A stretch of DNA of 62,972 nt, counting the filler, from Anaerolineae bacterium (lineage in GTDB: Bacteria; Chloroflexota; Anaerolineae; Epilineales; Epilineaceae), in the NCBI GenBank assembly GCA_029262755.1. It is 7 parts of 7 records of this genome, joined end to end, with 100 filler letters (N's around TTAATTAATTAA, not from the genome) between each part and the next. Parts side by side here need not be neighbours in the genome. Positions count along the whole stretch, not along the records: positions 38,422 to 53,631 come from JAJCYU010000083.1; positions 53,732 to 60,020 come from JAJCYU010000085.1; positions 60,121 to 62,972 come from JAJCYU010000090.1; 4 more parts are not named here. One strand, given 5' to 3'. Position 1 is the first letter of the stretch, and the number at the start of each line of letters is the position of its first letter. Below are positions 51,481 to 61,166 of this stretch, piece after piece. A model generated the notes under the pieces. That model did no database searches. It was not told the origin of the DNA and worked only from the letters and a program-made list of their open reading frames with translations. The translations under genes were made by a program, and so were the position numbers.

Positions 51481-51772
51481 GGGGGCGTTGCGCGTACACG
51501 TTCTGCGCATGGCGAGAGATCTACACGCACCAAGGCTGCTCCCACACCGACACAACGGCAGCGCCCGTGCGTCGTGCTCCACTGCGGCGGCTTCCGTCTG
51601 TCGAATAAGGTCTGTTCTCGCGCGGTTGCGCGGGAACCGATGCCTTGCGGGCGGAACAGCCAACGCGTATCTGCGTATCCAAGGGTAGAGCTTCGGAACC
51701 GGGACCACGGCATGCCTCTTGCAGGCGCGGCCGCGGCCCGGAAACCGGGGATAGCCCAGCTAGGAGCGCATC

Positions 51773-52330
51773 GTGACCGCCGTGAATCGCCCAACCTCCA
51801 GCATCGATAGCGCGCGTGACCCTCATGCCCGCGCAGATGGCCGACTGCGGTGGCATCCGGTCGATTACGGCGACGCCCCCTGGCAGCGCCTCTTGGCATT
51901 CGCGCTCGCGCACGCCGACCACTTCGAGTGCGTCGTGCCCTACCGTGTCGTCCGCTTGGACTTGCTGCGCGCGCCGCTTTGGCCGCCCACGCTCGAAGCC
52001 TATCGTGACGACCTCGTCAGCCGGCACGCTAGCGTCATCCGCGGTGAGACGACCCAAGATTCACCGGTCGAGTACCTGCGCTTCCGGATGAGCCCGCTCG
52101 TTCGGCGCTTCGTCGGCCGCACGCGGCGCCTGGAAGATTGGTCCTGGTCCCATGGTCGCCCGGAGGATCCGGCCTTCTTGCGCGGCGAGCTGCCGCTGTT
52201 GCTGACGAACAGCCAACACGGTCGTGTGACGGTATTCGCCACCGAGGCGGAGCGGGCAGACTTGGCCGACGGCGGCCTGCGCCTCGTCGAGCCCTTGGCC
52301 GCCCGCGCGGAGCCGTGGCCCACGCCTTAG
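51773..52330 (+). CDS. Conserved hypothetical protein
   Basis: 185-aa ORF with AGGAG RBS; W...PEDPAF motif; protein-like composition. Confidence 0.65.
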   Translation: MTAVNRPTSSIDSARDPHARADGRLRWHPVDYGDAPWQRLLAFALAHADHFECVVPYRVVRLDLLRAPLWPPTLEAYRDDLVSRHASVIRGETTQDSPVEYLRFRMSPLVRRFVGRTRRLEDWSWSHGRPEDPAFLRGELPLLLTNSQHGRVTVFATEAERADLADGGLRLVEPLAARAEPWPTP

Positions 52331-52481
52331 CATCAGCTGCGGTCGCAGGACCCCGGCACGCGCGCCTCCTTCCCTTCCAGCCTCCCCGCGTATAATGGCC
52401 CGGACGTAAGCCCCGCCCACTGGGTGCGGCGCGCTCCGGGCCGGTGTGCGTCGTGCCATGTTCGCCCTCTTGGAGGCACCG

Positions 52482-53631
52482 ATGTCTCGTATCACCGCGC
52501 CGGCTCTGGCCGCGCTCGCCATGTTATGCCTGCTGGCCTGGCCGCTTTGGACCGCCCGCTCGCAAGAGCGAGCCCCAGCTACCGCCTTCGAGCCGCTGAC
52601 CCTCGAGGACGCCTCCCTCGGTGAATTCCTGGAGGGCGACGCTCCCATCGAGCGCCTCGCGCCGCTGCAACGGGCCGCCTCGCCACAGGCCGTCGCGCAG
52701 GACGAGCTTCCCCGCCCCGAGGGCCTGGCCATCGATTTCAGCGAGTACAGCACGCCGGAGCAGATCAACGCCTTCCTGCGTGAGTTGGAAGCGGAGTACC
52801 CGCACCTCGTGGAGGTCTACGTGCTCGGCACGTCGTGGCATGGCCGAGAGATCCTCGGCATCCGTGTCGCCAACGAGGACGTGCCCGGCTCGCCCGTCGA
52901 ATCCCGACCGGCGATGTACACCGACGCGCAGCACCACGCGCGCGAACTGATCAGCAAGGAGACGACGCTCTACACGCTTTGGTGGCTGATTTCGCAGCAC
53001 GGCCAAGACGATCTCGCCACCTACCTGGTCGATACCCGCGCCGCCTACTTCGTACCCAGCGTCAACGTCGACGGCAACCACATCGTGCTCGCCGACAACC
53101 AGGATTGGCGCAAGAGCGCCAACCCCACCTGCTGCGACGACGACGAAGACGGCGCGGTCGACGAGGATCCGCCCGTCGGCTACGGCTACGGCGCGTTCAA
53201 CCTCGCCCGCTACACCTTCACGCAAGAATGGATCGACCAGAACCCTGACGATCCCTTCGTAAACGGCTGGTGGCGCAACCTCCAGGGCCAACCGGAGAAC
53301 CTCGGCCGCTTCCGCGGCGATCCCAACGGCGATATGGAGCCAATCCCCGCCGTCGACGCCGATGGCGACGGCGAGGTGTGGGAGGACCCGATCGGCGGCG
53401 TCGACACGAACCGTAACTACGACTGGTTCTGGGAAGGCGGCGATACGAACATCCAGTCCGGCACCTTCCACGGCCCCGAGGTCTGGTCCGAGCCCCAGAC
53501 CCAAGCCGTGCGCGATTTCGTCGAGAGCCTGCCGCACCTGGCCACGGGCATCAGCTACCACTCCGGCATCGACCTGATCCTCTTCCCCTGGGGCTACAGC
53601 CGCGAGGCCGACCTTCCGGACGCGGAGCTCT
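52482..53631 (+). CDS. Secreted M14 zinc carboxypeptidase (carboxypeptidase T-like), 3' truncated
   Basis: Signal peptide; HHARE, PSVNVDG, WRK, GVDTNRNY, SEPQT, SYHS; Asp-rich Ca-loop inserts; TATAAT at 52391-52396. Confidence 0.92.
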
Positions 53632-53731
53632 NNNNNNNNNNNNNNNNNNNNNNNNNNNNNNNNNNNNNNNNNNNNTTAATTAATTAANNNNNNNNNNNNN
53701 NNNNNNNNNNNNNNNNNNNNNNNNNNNNNNN

Positions 53732-55240
53732 GCCGGTGGCACACCGATCGTGATCAAGGTCCATCTGGACAAGGAAAGCCCGCGCGTACCATCCCTGGTG
53801 AGCGTCTATCCGGGCGCCGATCTGCAGGAACGCGAGGTTTGGGACCTGTTCGGCATCCGCTTCGCCGGGCACCCCAACCTCAAGCGCATCTTGATGTGGG
53901 AGGGCTTCGCAGGGCACCCCATGCGCAAGGATTGGCGCGAGGCCTATTACGAAGAGCCGCAGAAGCCCTTCGGTAGCCGGTGGCCCGACGGACAGTTCTT
54001 CTTCGGGGAAGAGAAGCTCTCCGAGTGGGGCTCCAACGTTCGCTATCCGCGAGAGTACGCCGCCACCGATCTGGATCGCGGCGCCGACCTCGCGAACTAC
54101 GCCCTCGATGCAAGCCAGTTGGAGCGCGCGCCGAACTTCGGCAGCGAGCGGCTGGTGGTCAACATGGGGCCGCAGCATCCCAGCACGCACGGCGTTTTCC
54201 AGATGCGGTTGGTGCTCGACGGGGAGACGATCGTCGACCTCGAGCCGGTGATGGGCTACATGCACCGCAACCACGAGAAGATCGGCGAGCGCAATCTGTG
54301 GCTGGGCAACATGCCCTTCACCGATCGGCTCGACTACATCGGGCAGCTGTGCAACGAATGGGGCTATGCCCTGGCCGTCGAGCGTCTGATGGGCGTCGTT
54401 GTGCCGGAGCGGGCTGAGTACATCCGCGTGATCATGGCAGAGTTGACGCGCATCCAGAGTCACTTCTGGGCAATCGGCTTCCTGCTCAACGACATCGGCG
54501 CCTTCTTCACCCCCAGCCTATACGCGATCGAAGAGCGCGAGCTCGTGCTCGATCTCTTCGAGATGGCAACGGGTTCGCGCCTGATGTGCAACTACATGCG
54601 CTTCGGCGGGTTGGCCTACGATCTGCCCGACGAGTTCCTGCCGCTTGCGAAGAAATTGGTCCATGACCGGCTACCGAACGCGATCGACGAACTCGAGGCT
54701 TATCTAACCGGCAACGAGATCGTGCAGGAGCGGATGAAGGGCGTCGGTGTGTTGCCGCCCGAGATGGCCGCGGCCTACTCGGCTTCGGGGCCTGTGATTC
54801 GGGGCTCTGGAATTCCCTTCGATCTGCGTACCGCAGATCCGTACGGGGTCTATGATCGATTCGATTGGGATGTGGTCACGGCCAACGAGGGTGATGTCTA
54901 CGCGCGTTACATCGTGCGCGTCGGCGAGATGCGCGAGAGCGTGAAGATCCTCAAGCAGGCTATGGCCCAGCTGCCTGGTGGCGAGATTCTGGGCGGCAAG
55001 AAGGCATGGCAGGTGCGTGTGCCCGAGGGCGAGTCTTACGGCCGCGTCGAGGGCCCGCGCGGCGAACTGGGCTTCTATTGTGTGAGCGACGGTAAGGCCA
55101 ACCCCTACCGGTACCACGTCCGCTCGCCATGTTTCGTCAACCTCACGCCGCTGGCTGAGATGTGCAAGGGTCACAAGGTGGCGGATGTTGTCGCTATCCT
55201 GGGCTCCATCGACATCGTGCTTGGCTGCGTAGACCGCTAG
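53732..55240 (+). CDS. nuoCD: Fused NADH-quinone oxidoreductase subunit C/D (5' truncated)
   Basis: [22 protein letters not shown]...GHPMRKD fused to [12 protein letters not shown]...DRLDY...DIVLGCVDR. Confidence 0.93.
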   Translation, partial: AGGTPIVIKVHLDKESPRVPSLVSVYPGADLQEREVWDLFGIRFAGHPNLKRILMWEGFAGHPMRKDWREAYYEEPQKPFGSRWPDGQFFFGEEKLSEWGSNVRYPREYAATDLDRGADLANYALDASQLERAPNFGSERLVVNMGPQHPSTHGVFQMRLVLDGETIVDLEPVMGYMHRNHEKIGERNLWLGNMPFTDRLDYIGQLCNEWGYALAVERLMGVVVPERAEYIRVIMAELTRIQSHFWAIGFLLNDIGAFFTPSLYAIEERELVLDLFEMATGSRLMCNYMRFGGLAYDLPDEFLPLAKKLVHDRLPNAIDELEAYLTGNEIVQERMKGVGVLPPEMAAAYSASGPVIRGSGIPFDLRTADPYGVYDRFDWDVVTANEGDVYARYIVRVGEMRESVKILKQAMAQLPGGEILGGKKAWQVRVPEGESYGRVEGPRGELGFYCVSDGKANPYRYHVRSPCFVNLTPLAEMCKGHKVADVVAILGSIDIVLGCVDR

Positions 55241-55292
55241 TCGCGTTTCAGGCCCTGCGAGCGCGGGGCCACACGGGAAGAGAGATTCGGAC

Positions 55293-56078
55293 ATGGCCTT
55301 CGGCAGTGGTGTGATCAGGGGCATGGGCATCACCTTCCGCCACCTGGTCGAAAGCTACGTCATCGGCTTCAAGGAGCAGCCCGCAGCCGCGGGTGACCTC
55401 GTTGCGCCGACCGCCGTTCGTGCCGGCATGCCGGTGCGAACGGGCGGCATGCAGACCGTCCAGTACCCGGACGAGAAGCTGCCGATCCCCGAGCGCTTCC
55501 GTTATCTGCCGTTCTTGCTCTACGAGGACGATGCGGACAACGACCGCGAGGCCTTCGACGGGATTCGTTGCACGGCCTGCGGCATTTGCGCCAAGGTCTG
55601 CCCGCCCCAATGCATCTGGATCGTTCAGGGCAAGGGCGACGACGGCAAGCCCCGGCCGGTGGCCACCGAGTTCTACATCGACGCCTCCATCTGCATGAGC
55701 TGCGGATTCTGCGCGGAGTACTGCCCCTTCGACGCGATCAAGATGGACCACGACTACGAGCTCTCCAGCTATGAGCGGCACGAGAGCTGGGTCTACGATC
55801 TCCAAGAATTGCTCCACCCCGTGGCCTATCACGCCGCGATCCATCCCACGGATTGGCAGCGCGAGCTCGAAGAGCAGCGTGCGAAGGATGAGGCCAAGCG
55901 CCGCAAGGCAGAGGCGAAGGCCGCCAAGGCGGCGGCAGCCGGCGCCGATGGTGACGCCGAGGATCCCGAAGCCGCGAAGCAGCGCAAGCTCGAGGCCCGG
56001 CAGAAGATGCTCGATGCACGCAAGGCACGGGAGGCCGCGAAGGCCGCCGAGCAGGGCGACGCCCCGGACGAGGCATAA
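55293..56078 (+). CDS. nuoI: NADH-quinone oxidoreductase subunit I with Ala/Lys-rich tail
   Basis: TVQYPDEK; CTACGICAKVCP and CMSCGFCAEYCP. Confidence 0.93.
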   Translation: MAFGSGVIRGMGITFRHLVESYVIGFKEQPAAAGDLVAPTAVRAGMPVRTGGMQTVQYPDEKLPIPERFRYLPFLLYEDDADNDREAFDGIRCTACGICAKVCPPQCIWIVQGKGDDGKPRPVATEFYIDASICMSCGFCAEYCPFDAIKMDHDYELSSYERHESWVYDLQELLHPVAYHAAIHPTDWQRELEEQRAKDEAKRRKAEAKAAKAAAAGADGDAEDPEAAKQRKLEARQKMLDARKAREAAKAAEQGDAPDEA

Positions 56079-56081
56079 CAC

Positions 56082-56450
56082 GTGCTCGCCGCGTTCGCGC
56101 CGTTGGCCGTGCTGGCTGCGATCGCGATCGGTCTCGGGCTCATCATTCTTGCGTTCTCGTTCTATATCGGGCCGCGGGATCCGTCGCCGGTGAAGTCGCA
56201 GACGTATGAGAGCGGTATGACGGCGCTCGGACCCGCCCAACGGCGCGTTCCCGTGCGCTTCTACCTGATCGCCACGCTGTTCATCCTGTTCGACATCGAG
56301 GTTATCTACCTCTACCCGTGGGCGGTGCAATACCGCTCGCTGGTCGCCGAGCAGGGCTGGGGCGCCTTGGCATCCATGGGCGTCTTTATCGGGGTGCTCG
56401 TATTGGGATTCGTCCACGTTTGGCGCAAGGGCGCGCTCGACTGGGACTAG
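56082..56450 (+). CDS. nuoA: NADH-quinone oxidoreductase subunit A
   Basis: YESG...[23 protein letters not shown]...WRKGALDW. Confidence 0.96.
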   Translation: MLAAFAPLAVLAAIAIGLGLIILAFSFYIGPRDPSPVKSQTYESGMTALGPAQRRVPVRFYLIATLFILFDIEVIYLYPWAVQYRSLVAEQGWGALASMGVFIGVLVLGFVHVWRKGALDWD

Positions 56451-56487
56451 CACACCTGCCCACGCGAACCCCGCAACGGAGAGGACC

Positions 56488-57048
56488 ATGACGATCGGCA
56501 CCGATATCCTAAGGCCGGACCAGATCCTCACCCCGGATCAGGTGGCACGCGGGATGACGGGGGATGCGGGTGTGGTCACCACGACCGTCGAGAAGGCGGT
56601 CAACTGGGCGCGCAGCAACGCCGTATGGCCGGCTTTGTTTGGCCTCGCCTGCTGCGCCATCGAGATGATGCACACCCAGGCCAGCCGCCAAGATCTCTCG
56701 CGCTTCGGGATGGAGGTCATGCGTGCATCGCCGCGCCAGAGCGACATGATCATCGTCGCGGGCCGGCTCTCCCGGAAAATGGCGCCGGTGATTCGCCGGA
56801 TCTACGACCAGATGCCGGAGCCCAAGTGGGTGATCTCCATGGGCGACTGCGCGAGCTGCGGGGGTGTGTTCAACAACTACGCGCTCGTCCAAGGGGTCGA
56901 CGAGATCATCCCTGTGGATGTATACGTGCCGGGTTGCCCGCCGCGACCCGAGGCGCTCATCCAGGGCATCCTCAAGCTGCACGAGAAGATCCAGGCAGAG
57001 AAGCTGGACGGCTGGCGCGATCGTGCACCGCAGGACGACCGCGCGTGA
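56488..57048 (+). CDS. nuoB: NADH-quinone oxidoreductase subunit B
   Basis: [34 protein letters not shown]. Confidence 0.97.
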   Translation: MTIGTDILRPDQILTPDQVARGMTGDAGVVTTTVEKAVNWARSNAVWPALFGLACCAIEMMHTQASRQDLSRFGMEVMRASPRQSDMIIVAGRLSRKMAPVIRRIYDQMPEPKWVISMGDCASCGGVFNNYALVQGVDEIIPVDVYVPGCPPRPEALIQGILKLHEKIQAEKLDGWRDRAPQDDRA

Positions 57049-57689
57049 GCGAGGAAACGATGGCCGGCGGAGGATCCGATGGGACGGGGCCCGCGGGCGC
57101 GGACTCGGTCTCGCCGGCCGCGGTGCCTTCGATCCCCAGCGCACGAGAAGACGCCGATATGCTCGCCGAACGCATCGGTGCGGACGCGCTCGCGGTCGGC
57201 GAACCGCTGGGCCAAACGACGGTGTTGCTCAAGCGCGAGCGCTTGTTGGAGACGGCCGCGTGGCTCCAAGAGGAGCGCGGCTACCAGCTGCTGCGCTCCA
57301 TCACGGCGGTCGACTTCGAGACCATACAGCCACGCTTCCAGGTGGTCTATCACTTCCTTGCGTTGCCCGATGCGATCATGCAAGGGCGCGTGCATCCAGC
57401 TGCGGATGCGCCTCTTCGCGCGCTGCGTTTGAAGGTGCCTGTGACCGCGGAAGATCCGGTCGTGCCTTCGCTCGTGGGCTTGTATCCAACCGCGAATTGG
57501 TTGGAGCGGGAGGTGTGGGACTTGTTCGGCATCGAGTTTGCCGATCATCCCGATATGCGCCGCATCCTCCTGCCTGATGCGTTTGAAGGGCATCCGCTGC
57601 GCAAGGATCATCCGATCGAGTACGAAGAGATTGCGTTCACCTTCAACCAAGAAGAGATCTACGCACAGAAGCCCTTCGCGAAGAAGTAG
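57045..57689 (+). CDS. nuoC: NADH-quinone oxidoreductase subunit C
   Basis: ITAVD...[27 protein letters not shown]...GHPLRKD; GTGA overlap with nuoB. Confidence 0.94.
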   Translation: MSEETMAGGGSDGTGPAGADSVSPAAVPSIPSAREDADMLAERIGADALAVGEPLGQTTVLLKRERLLETAAWLQEERGYQLLRSITAVDFETIQPRFQVVYHFLALPDAIMQGRVHPAADAPLRALRLKVPVTAEDPVVPSLVGLYPTANWLEREVWDLFGIEFADHPDMRRILLPDAFEGHPLRKDHPIEYEEIAFTFNQEEIYAQKPFAKK

Positions 57690-57819
57690 CCCGTAGCATA
57701 AGAAAGCTGCCTCGCATTGCTTGACGAACCAGTAGCACCAGGAAGACTTGCTGCGGTGCACCGGGCCGAACACTCCGGTCACCGTCGCCCCGGCCGCCGC
57801 CACCTTCGTTGGAGACCGT

Positions 57820-59061
57820 ATGAAGCCGCTCGATCTGATGCAGCCACCCCCGCCGCCAAGCCGGCGACGCGAGGCCCCCGCACCCCAACCGGTCGCGGAC
57901 GGTCCCATGGTGCTCAACATCGGGCCGCATCATCCGAGTACGCACGGCGTGCTGCGCGTGGTCGTGGAGCTGGACGGTGAGCGGGTGCTCTCGGCAACGC
58001 CGGATATCGGGTACTTGCATACCGGTATCGAGAAGACGTTTGAGGCCAAGAGCTATGTAAAGGGCACCACCTTGGCCCCGCGTATGAGCTACTTGTCGCC
58101 GATCAACAACAATCTGTCTTACGTGTTGAGCGTGGAGCACCTGCTGCAGGTTGAAGTTCCGGAGCGCGCCACGGTAACGCGTGTGCTGCTGGCCGAACTC
58201 GATCGCCTGGCAAGCCACTTGGTGTTCATCGGCATCCACGCGCTGGATCTGGGCGCGAGCTCTGTGATGCTCTACACCTTTCGGGAGCGCGAGCAGATTC
58301 TCGACCTCATGGAGATGGTCGGCGGCGCCCGCATGTTTCCCAGCTACATCCGTCCCGGCGGCCTTGCCTTCGACTTGCCGCCCGGATTCGAAGAGGCCGT
58401 CGCCACGTTGTTGGACAAAATGCCGGCGGCGATCGATCAATACGAACGCTTGCTCACGAAGAACCCGATGTGGAAGCGTCGCACCATAGGCGTCGCGGTA
58501 CTCGGGGCAGAAGATGCGATCCGCTTCGGGGTAACCGGCACCGCGATGCGGGCGGCGGGTATCGGCTATGACCTGCGCCGCGCCTTACCATACTGCGGCT
58601 ACGAGCATTACGATTTCGACGTGCCGATGCACACCGATGGCGATGCATACGCGCGCTATCTGCTGCGCATCGCGGAAATGCGGGAGTCGGTCAAGATCGC
58701 CGCACAGGCACTGGCGCGCCTACCCGACGGGCCCTATGCCACGGCGGATCGCAAGGTGGCGCCGCCGCCAAAACACGAACTGGCCACGTCGATGGAAGCG
58801 GTCATCCATCACTTCAAGCTCTGGACCGAAGGCATCAAGCCGCCGCCGGGTGAAGCCTATGTCGCCGTCGAGGCTCCGCGCGGTGAGATGGGCTTCTACA
58901 TCGTCAGCGACGGATCCGGACGGCCCTACCGCGTTCATATGCGCTCGCCGTCCTTCGTCAACCTGCAGGCTCTCGAGACGATGGTGAAGGGCAGCCTCGT
59001 CGCCGATCTCGTAACCGCCGTGGCCAGCCTCGATCCCGTGTTGGGTGAGGTCGATCGGTAG
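57820..59061 (+). CDS. nuoD: NADH-quinone oxidoreductase subunit D (second copy)
   Basis: NIGPHHPSTHGVLR...SMEAVIHHFK...EAPRGE...DPVLGEVDR. Confidence 0.96.
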   Translation: MKPLDLMQPPPPPSRRREAPAPQPVADGPMVLNIGPHHPSTHGVLRVVVELDGERVLSATPDIGYLHTGIEKTFEAKSYVKGTTLAPRMSYLSPINNNLSYVLSVEHLLQVEVPERATVTRVLLAELDRLASHLVFIGIHALDLGASSVMLYTFREREQILDLMEMVGGARMFPSYIRPGGLAFDLPPGFEEAVATLLDKMPAAIDQYERLLTKNPMWKRRTIGVAVLGAEDAIRFGVTGTAMRAAGIGYDLRRALPYCGYEHYDFDVPMHTDGDAYARYLLRIAEMRESVKIAAQALARLPDGPYATADRKVAPPPKHELATSMEAVIHHFKLWTEGIKPPPGEAYVAVEAPRGEMGFYIVSDGSGRPYRVHMRSPSFVNLQALETMVKGSLVADLVTAVASLDPVLGEVDR

Positions 59062-59098
59062 TAGCTCCGCTCGCAGAACCTTCGTTTAGGAGACCGTC

Positions 59099-59650
59099 AT
59101 GGGATTGCTGGAACGGCGCTTCCCCACGGAAGTAAAGGACGCGATCGCAAATTATCCCGCCGGCCGCGAGGCATCGGCGGTATTGCGCCTGTTGTTCCTC
59201 GCCCAGGCCGCGTACGGCAGGGTGACGCCGGAGGCCGTTGCCGAGGTGGCAACGCTGCTGGACATGGATCCCACGCAGGTCCAGGGAGTCGTGGGCTTCT
59301 ACTCCCTGTTCAAGGAAGAGCCCCACGGTCGATTTGTGATCCACTACTGCACCGACCTGCCGTGCATCCTGCGCGGTGCGGGTGCATTTCTGCCCGAAGT
59401 CTGCCGTGCCTTCGGCACCAAGATGGGCGAGACCAGCGAAGACGGCTTGTTCTCGCTTGAGGAAGGCATGTGCTTGGCGGCCTGCGATCGCGCACCGATG
59501 ATGCAGGTCAACCTGGAGTACATGCACGATCTCACGCCCGATAGCTTGAACGCGATCGTGCGCGGGTTGCGCGAGCAAGCCGCCGCGGACCCCGCGCCGG
59601 CTGCGCCCTACGGCTACGGTCCGCCCTCCGAGATCACAGAGGGCAGCTAG
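59099..59650 (+). CDS. nuoE: NADH-quinone oxidoreductase subunit E
   Basis: VVGFYSLF; 2Fe-2S ligands CTDLPC and CLAAC. Confidence 0.94.
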   Translation: MGLLERRFPTEVKDAIANYPAGREASAVLRLLFLAQAAYGRVTPEAVAEVATLLDMDPTQVQGVVGFYSLFKEEPHGRFVIHYCTDLPCILRGAGAFLPEVCRAFGTKMGETSEDGLFSLEEGMCLAACDRAPMMQVNLEYMHDLTPDSLNAIVRGLREQAAADPAPAAPYGYGPPSEITEGS

Positions 59651-59695
59651 CACCGGCGCCGTCTGACTTCTCCTCGCAATCACGGAATAAACGTC

Positions 59696-60020
59696 ATGCC
59701 CCAGCAACACATCGTCCTGCGCAACCGAGAGATTCCCGACCTGGCCACGCTCTCGGTGTACCGTGAACATGGCGGGTACCGCCAGTGGGAGCGGGCGGTG
59801 ACCGCGATGGAAACCAGCGAGATCATCGACATCGTCAAGGCGGCCAACCTGCGCGGCCGCGGTGGGGCCGGATTTCCGACGGGGCTGAAGTGGAGCTTCG
59901 TGCCGGCCGCACCGGGCGAGAAGTACGTGGTGGTCAACAACGACGAATCCGAACCGGGCACCTTCAAAGACCACGAGATCACGCTGCGCAACCCGCATCA
60001 GTTCTTGGAAGGTGCGATGA
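59696..60020 (+). CDS. nuoF: NADH-quinone oxidoreductase subunit F, 5' fragment
   Basis: [17 protein letters not shown]...[12 protein letters not shown]. Confidence 0.95.
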
Positions 60021-60134
60021 NNNNNNNNNNNNNNNNNNNNNNNNNNNNNNNNNNNNNNNNNNNNTTAATTAATTAANNNNNNNNNNNNNNNNNNNNNNNN
60101 NNNNNNNNNNNNNNNNNNNNAAAGTTTGAAGTGA

Positions 60135-60398
60135 CTATCCTTCCACCTCCACAGCCATAAGTTTCCATACCATAGTCTCGGTATTATAGGCAATTTCGTA
60201 CAGATCCTGACCGTCTGTAACGGAAAAATAATGAACAGAGGCGCTTCCTTCTTTATTCGTCCACGTGTACGTTACCTCCTTGATGCGGTACTGTCTCTCT
60301 TTCCATACAAACCATACCGGCTTTATCTTCTTCCCGCCAATACAATCAGCGCCAAAGACAACTCCTGCCCTTATCGGCTCACCTATCTCCGTAATCAT
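60135..60398 (-). CDS. Small beta-rich protein coupled to lexA (DUF6504-like)
   Basis: PVWFVWKERQYRIKEV...W...HYFSV...YEI.Y...VWKL; 4-nt overlap with the lexA stop. Confidence 0.7.
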   Translation of the reverse strand: MITEIGEPIRAGVVFGADCIGGKKIKPVWFVWKERQYRIKEVTYTWTNKEGSASVHYFSVTDGQDLYEIAYNTETMVWKLMAVEVEG

Positions 60399-61054
60399 AC
60401 TTGCATATTTCCTTCCCCACTAACACTGATCTCACCATTAATCTGCCTTAATACCGTCATGACCTTCCCGGCTATCATCATCTCATGGATCTGATCTTCC
60501 CTGATAATTACAGGCTTCATGGTTGAATTAGCCGGTTCCAGATAAACATTATTGTTTCTCCTGAAAAATCTTTTAACCGTCGCCTCGTCATTAATTATGG
60601 CAACTACGATATCACCATTCTCCGCGGTTTGCTGGGACTTAACTAATACAAAATCACCGTCCTGGATGTGAGCATCTATCATGCTATCCCCTTCTACTCT
60701 GAGGAAAAAGGTATTATCCCAACGAGCCACCGATGCGTCTATGGCTAGATGCCCCGTAATATCTTCCACTGCAAGGTGAGGTGCACCAGCCCTGACCCTT
60801 CCGGCTACGGGTATCAGCTTGGCGTGGTTTTCGGGCATTTCCACACACACTTCGATTGCCCTCGGGCTGTTTGGTATTCTCTTTATGTAGCCCTTACGTT
60901 CAAGTATATCTAGATACTTCTTTACACTGTTGGTACTCGCCAGCTTAAAGTGATATACAATCTCCCGAATAGTTGGCGGATACCCGTTTTCCCGGATATA
61001 CTTCGTCAAAAACGACAGGAAATTATGTTGTTTTTTTGTAAGTTTAGCTTTCAT
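60395..61054 (-). CDS. lexA: SOS repressor LexA
   Basis: LTKKQ...GYPPTIREI; cleavage site RVRAGAP; catalytic GDSM and ATVKRF. Confidence 0.97.
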   Translation of the reverse strand: MKAKLTKKQHNFLSFLTKYIRENGYPPTIREIVYHFKLASTNSVKKYLDILERKGYIKRIPNSPRAIEVCVEMPENHAKLIPVAGRVRAGAPHLAVEDITGHLAIDASVARWDNTFFLRVEGDSMIDAHIQDGDFVLVKSQQTAENGDIVVAIINDEATVKRFFRRNNNVYLEPANSTMKPVIIREDQIHEMMIAGKVMTVLRQINGEISVSGEGNMQV

Positions 61055-61057
61055 AAT

Positions 61058-61079
61058 TAGGTAAACACTTGTTCACCTA
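61058..61079. promoter_or_regulatory. LexA operator (SOS box)
   Basis: Near-perfect palindrome TAGGTGAACA-AG-TGTTTACCTA (minus strand); core GAAC-N4-GTTT, one mismatch from GAAC-N4-GTTC; directly before the lexA ATG. Confidence 0.85.
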
Positions 61080-61107
61080 ATATATTATCTGGCTATGTAT
61101 CTGTCAA
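61079..61107 (-). promoter_or_regulatory. lexA promoter
   Basis: TTGACA-N17-TATATT. Confidence 0.85.
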
Positions 61108-61166
61108 GGATTAAGTTTCTGGTGCCATCGAAGATTTTTACAAAATGGCAGGAAGATTTTCTTGTT

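Noticed and set aside
48688..51708. Long antisense and alternate-frame ORFs (this 1006-aa one, also 42192-44039, 13982-15814, 23081-24436)
   Set aside because: Shadows of real genes in high-GC DNA, where stop codons are rare.
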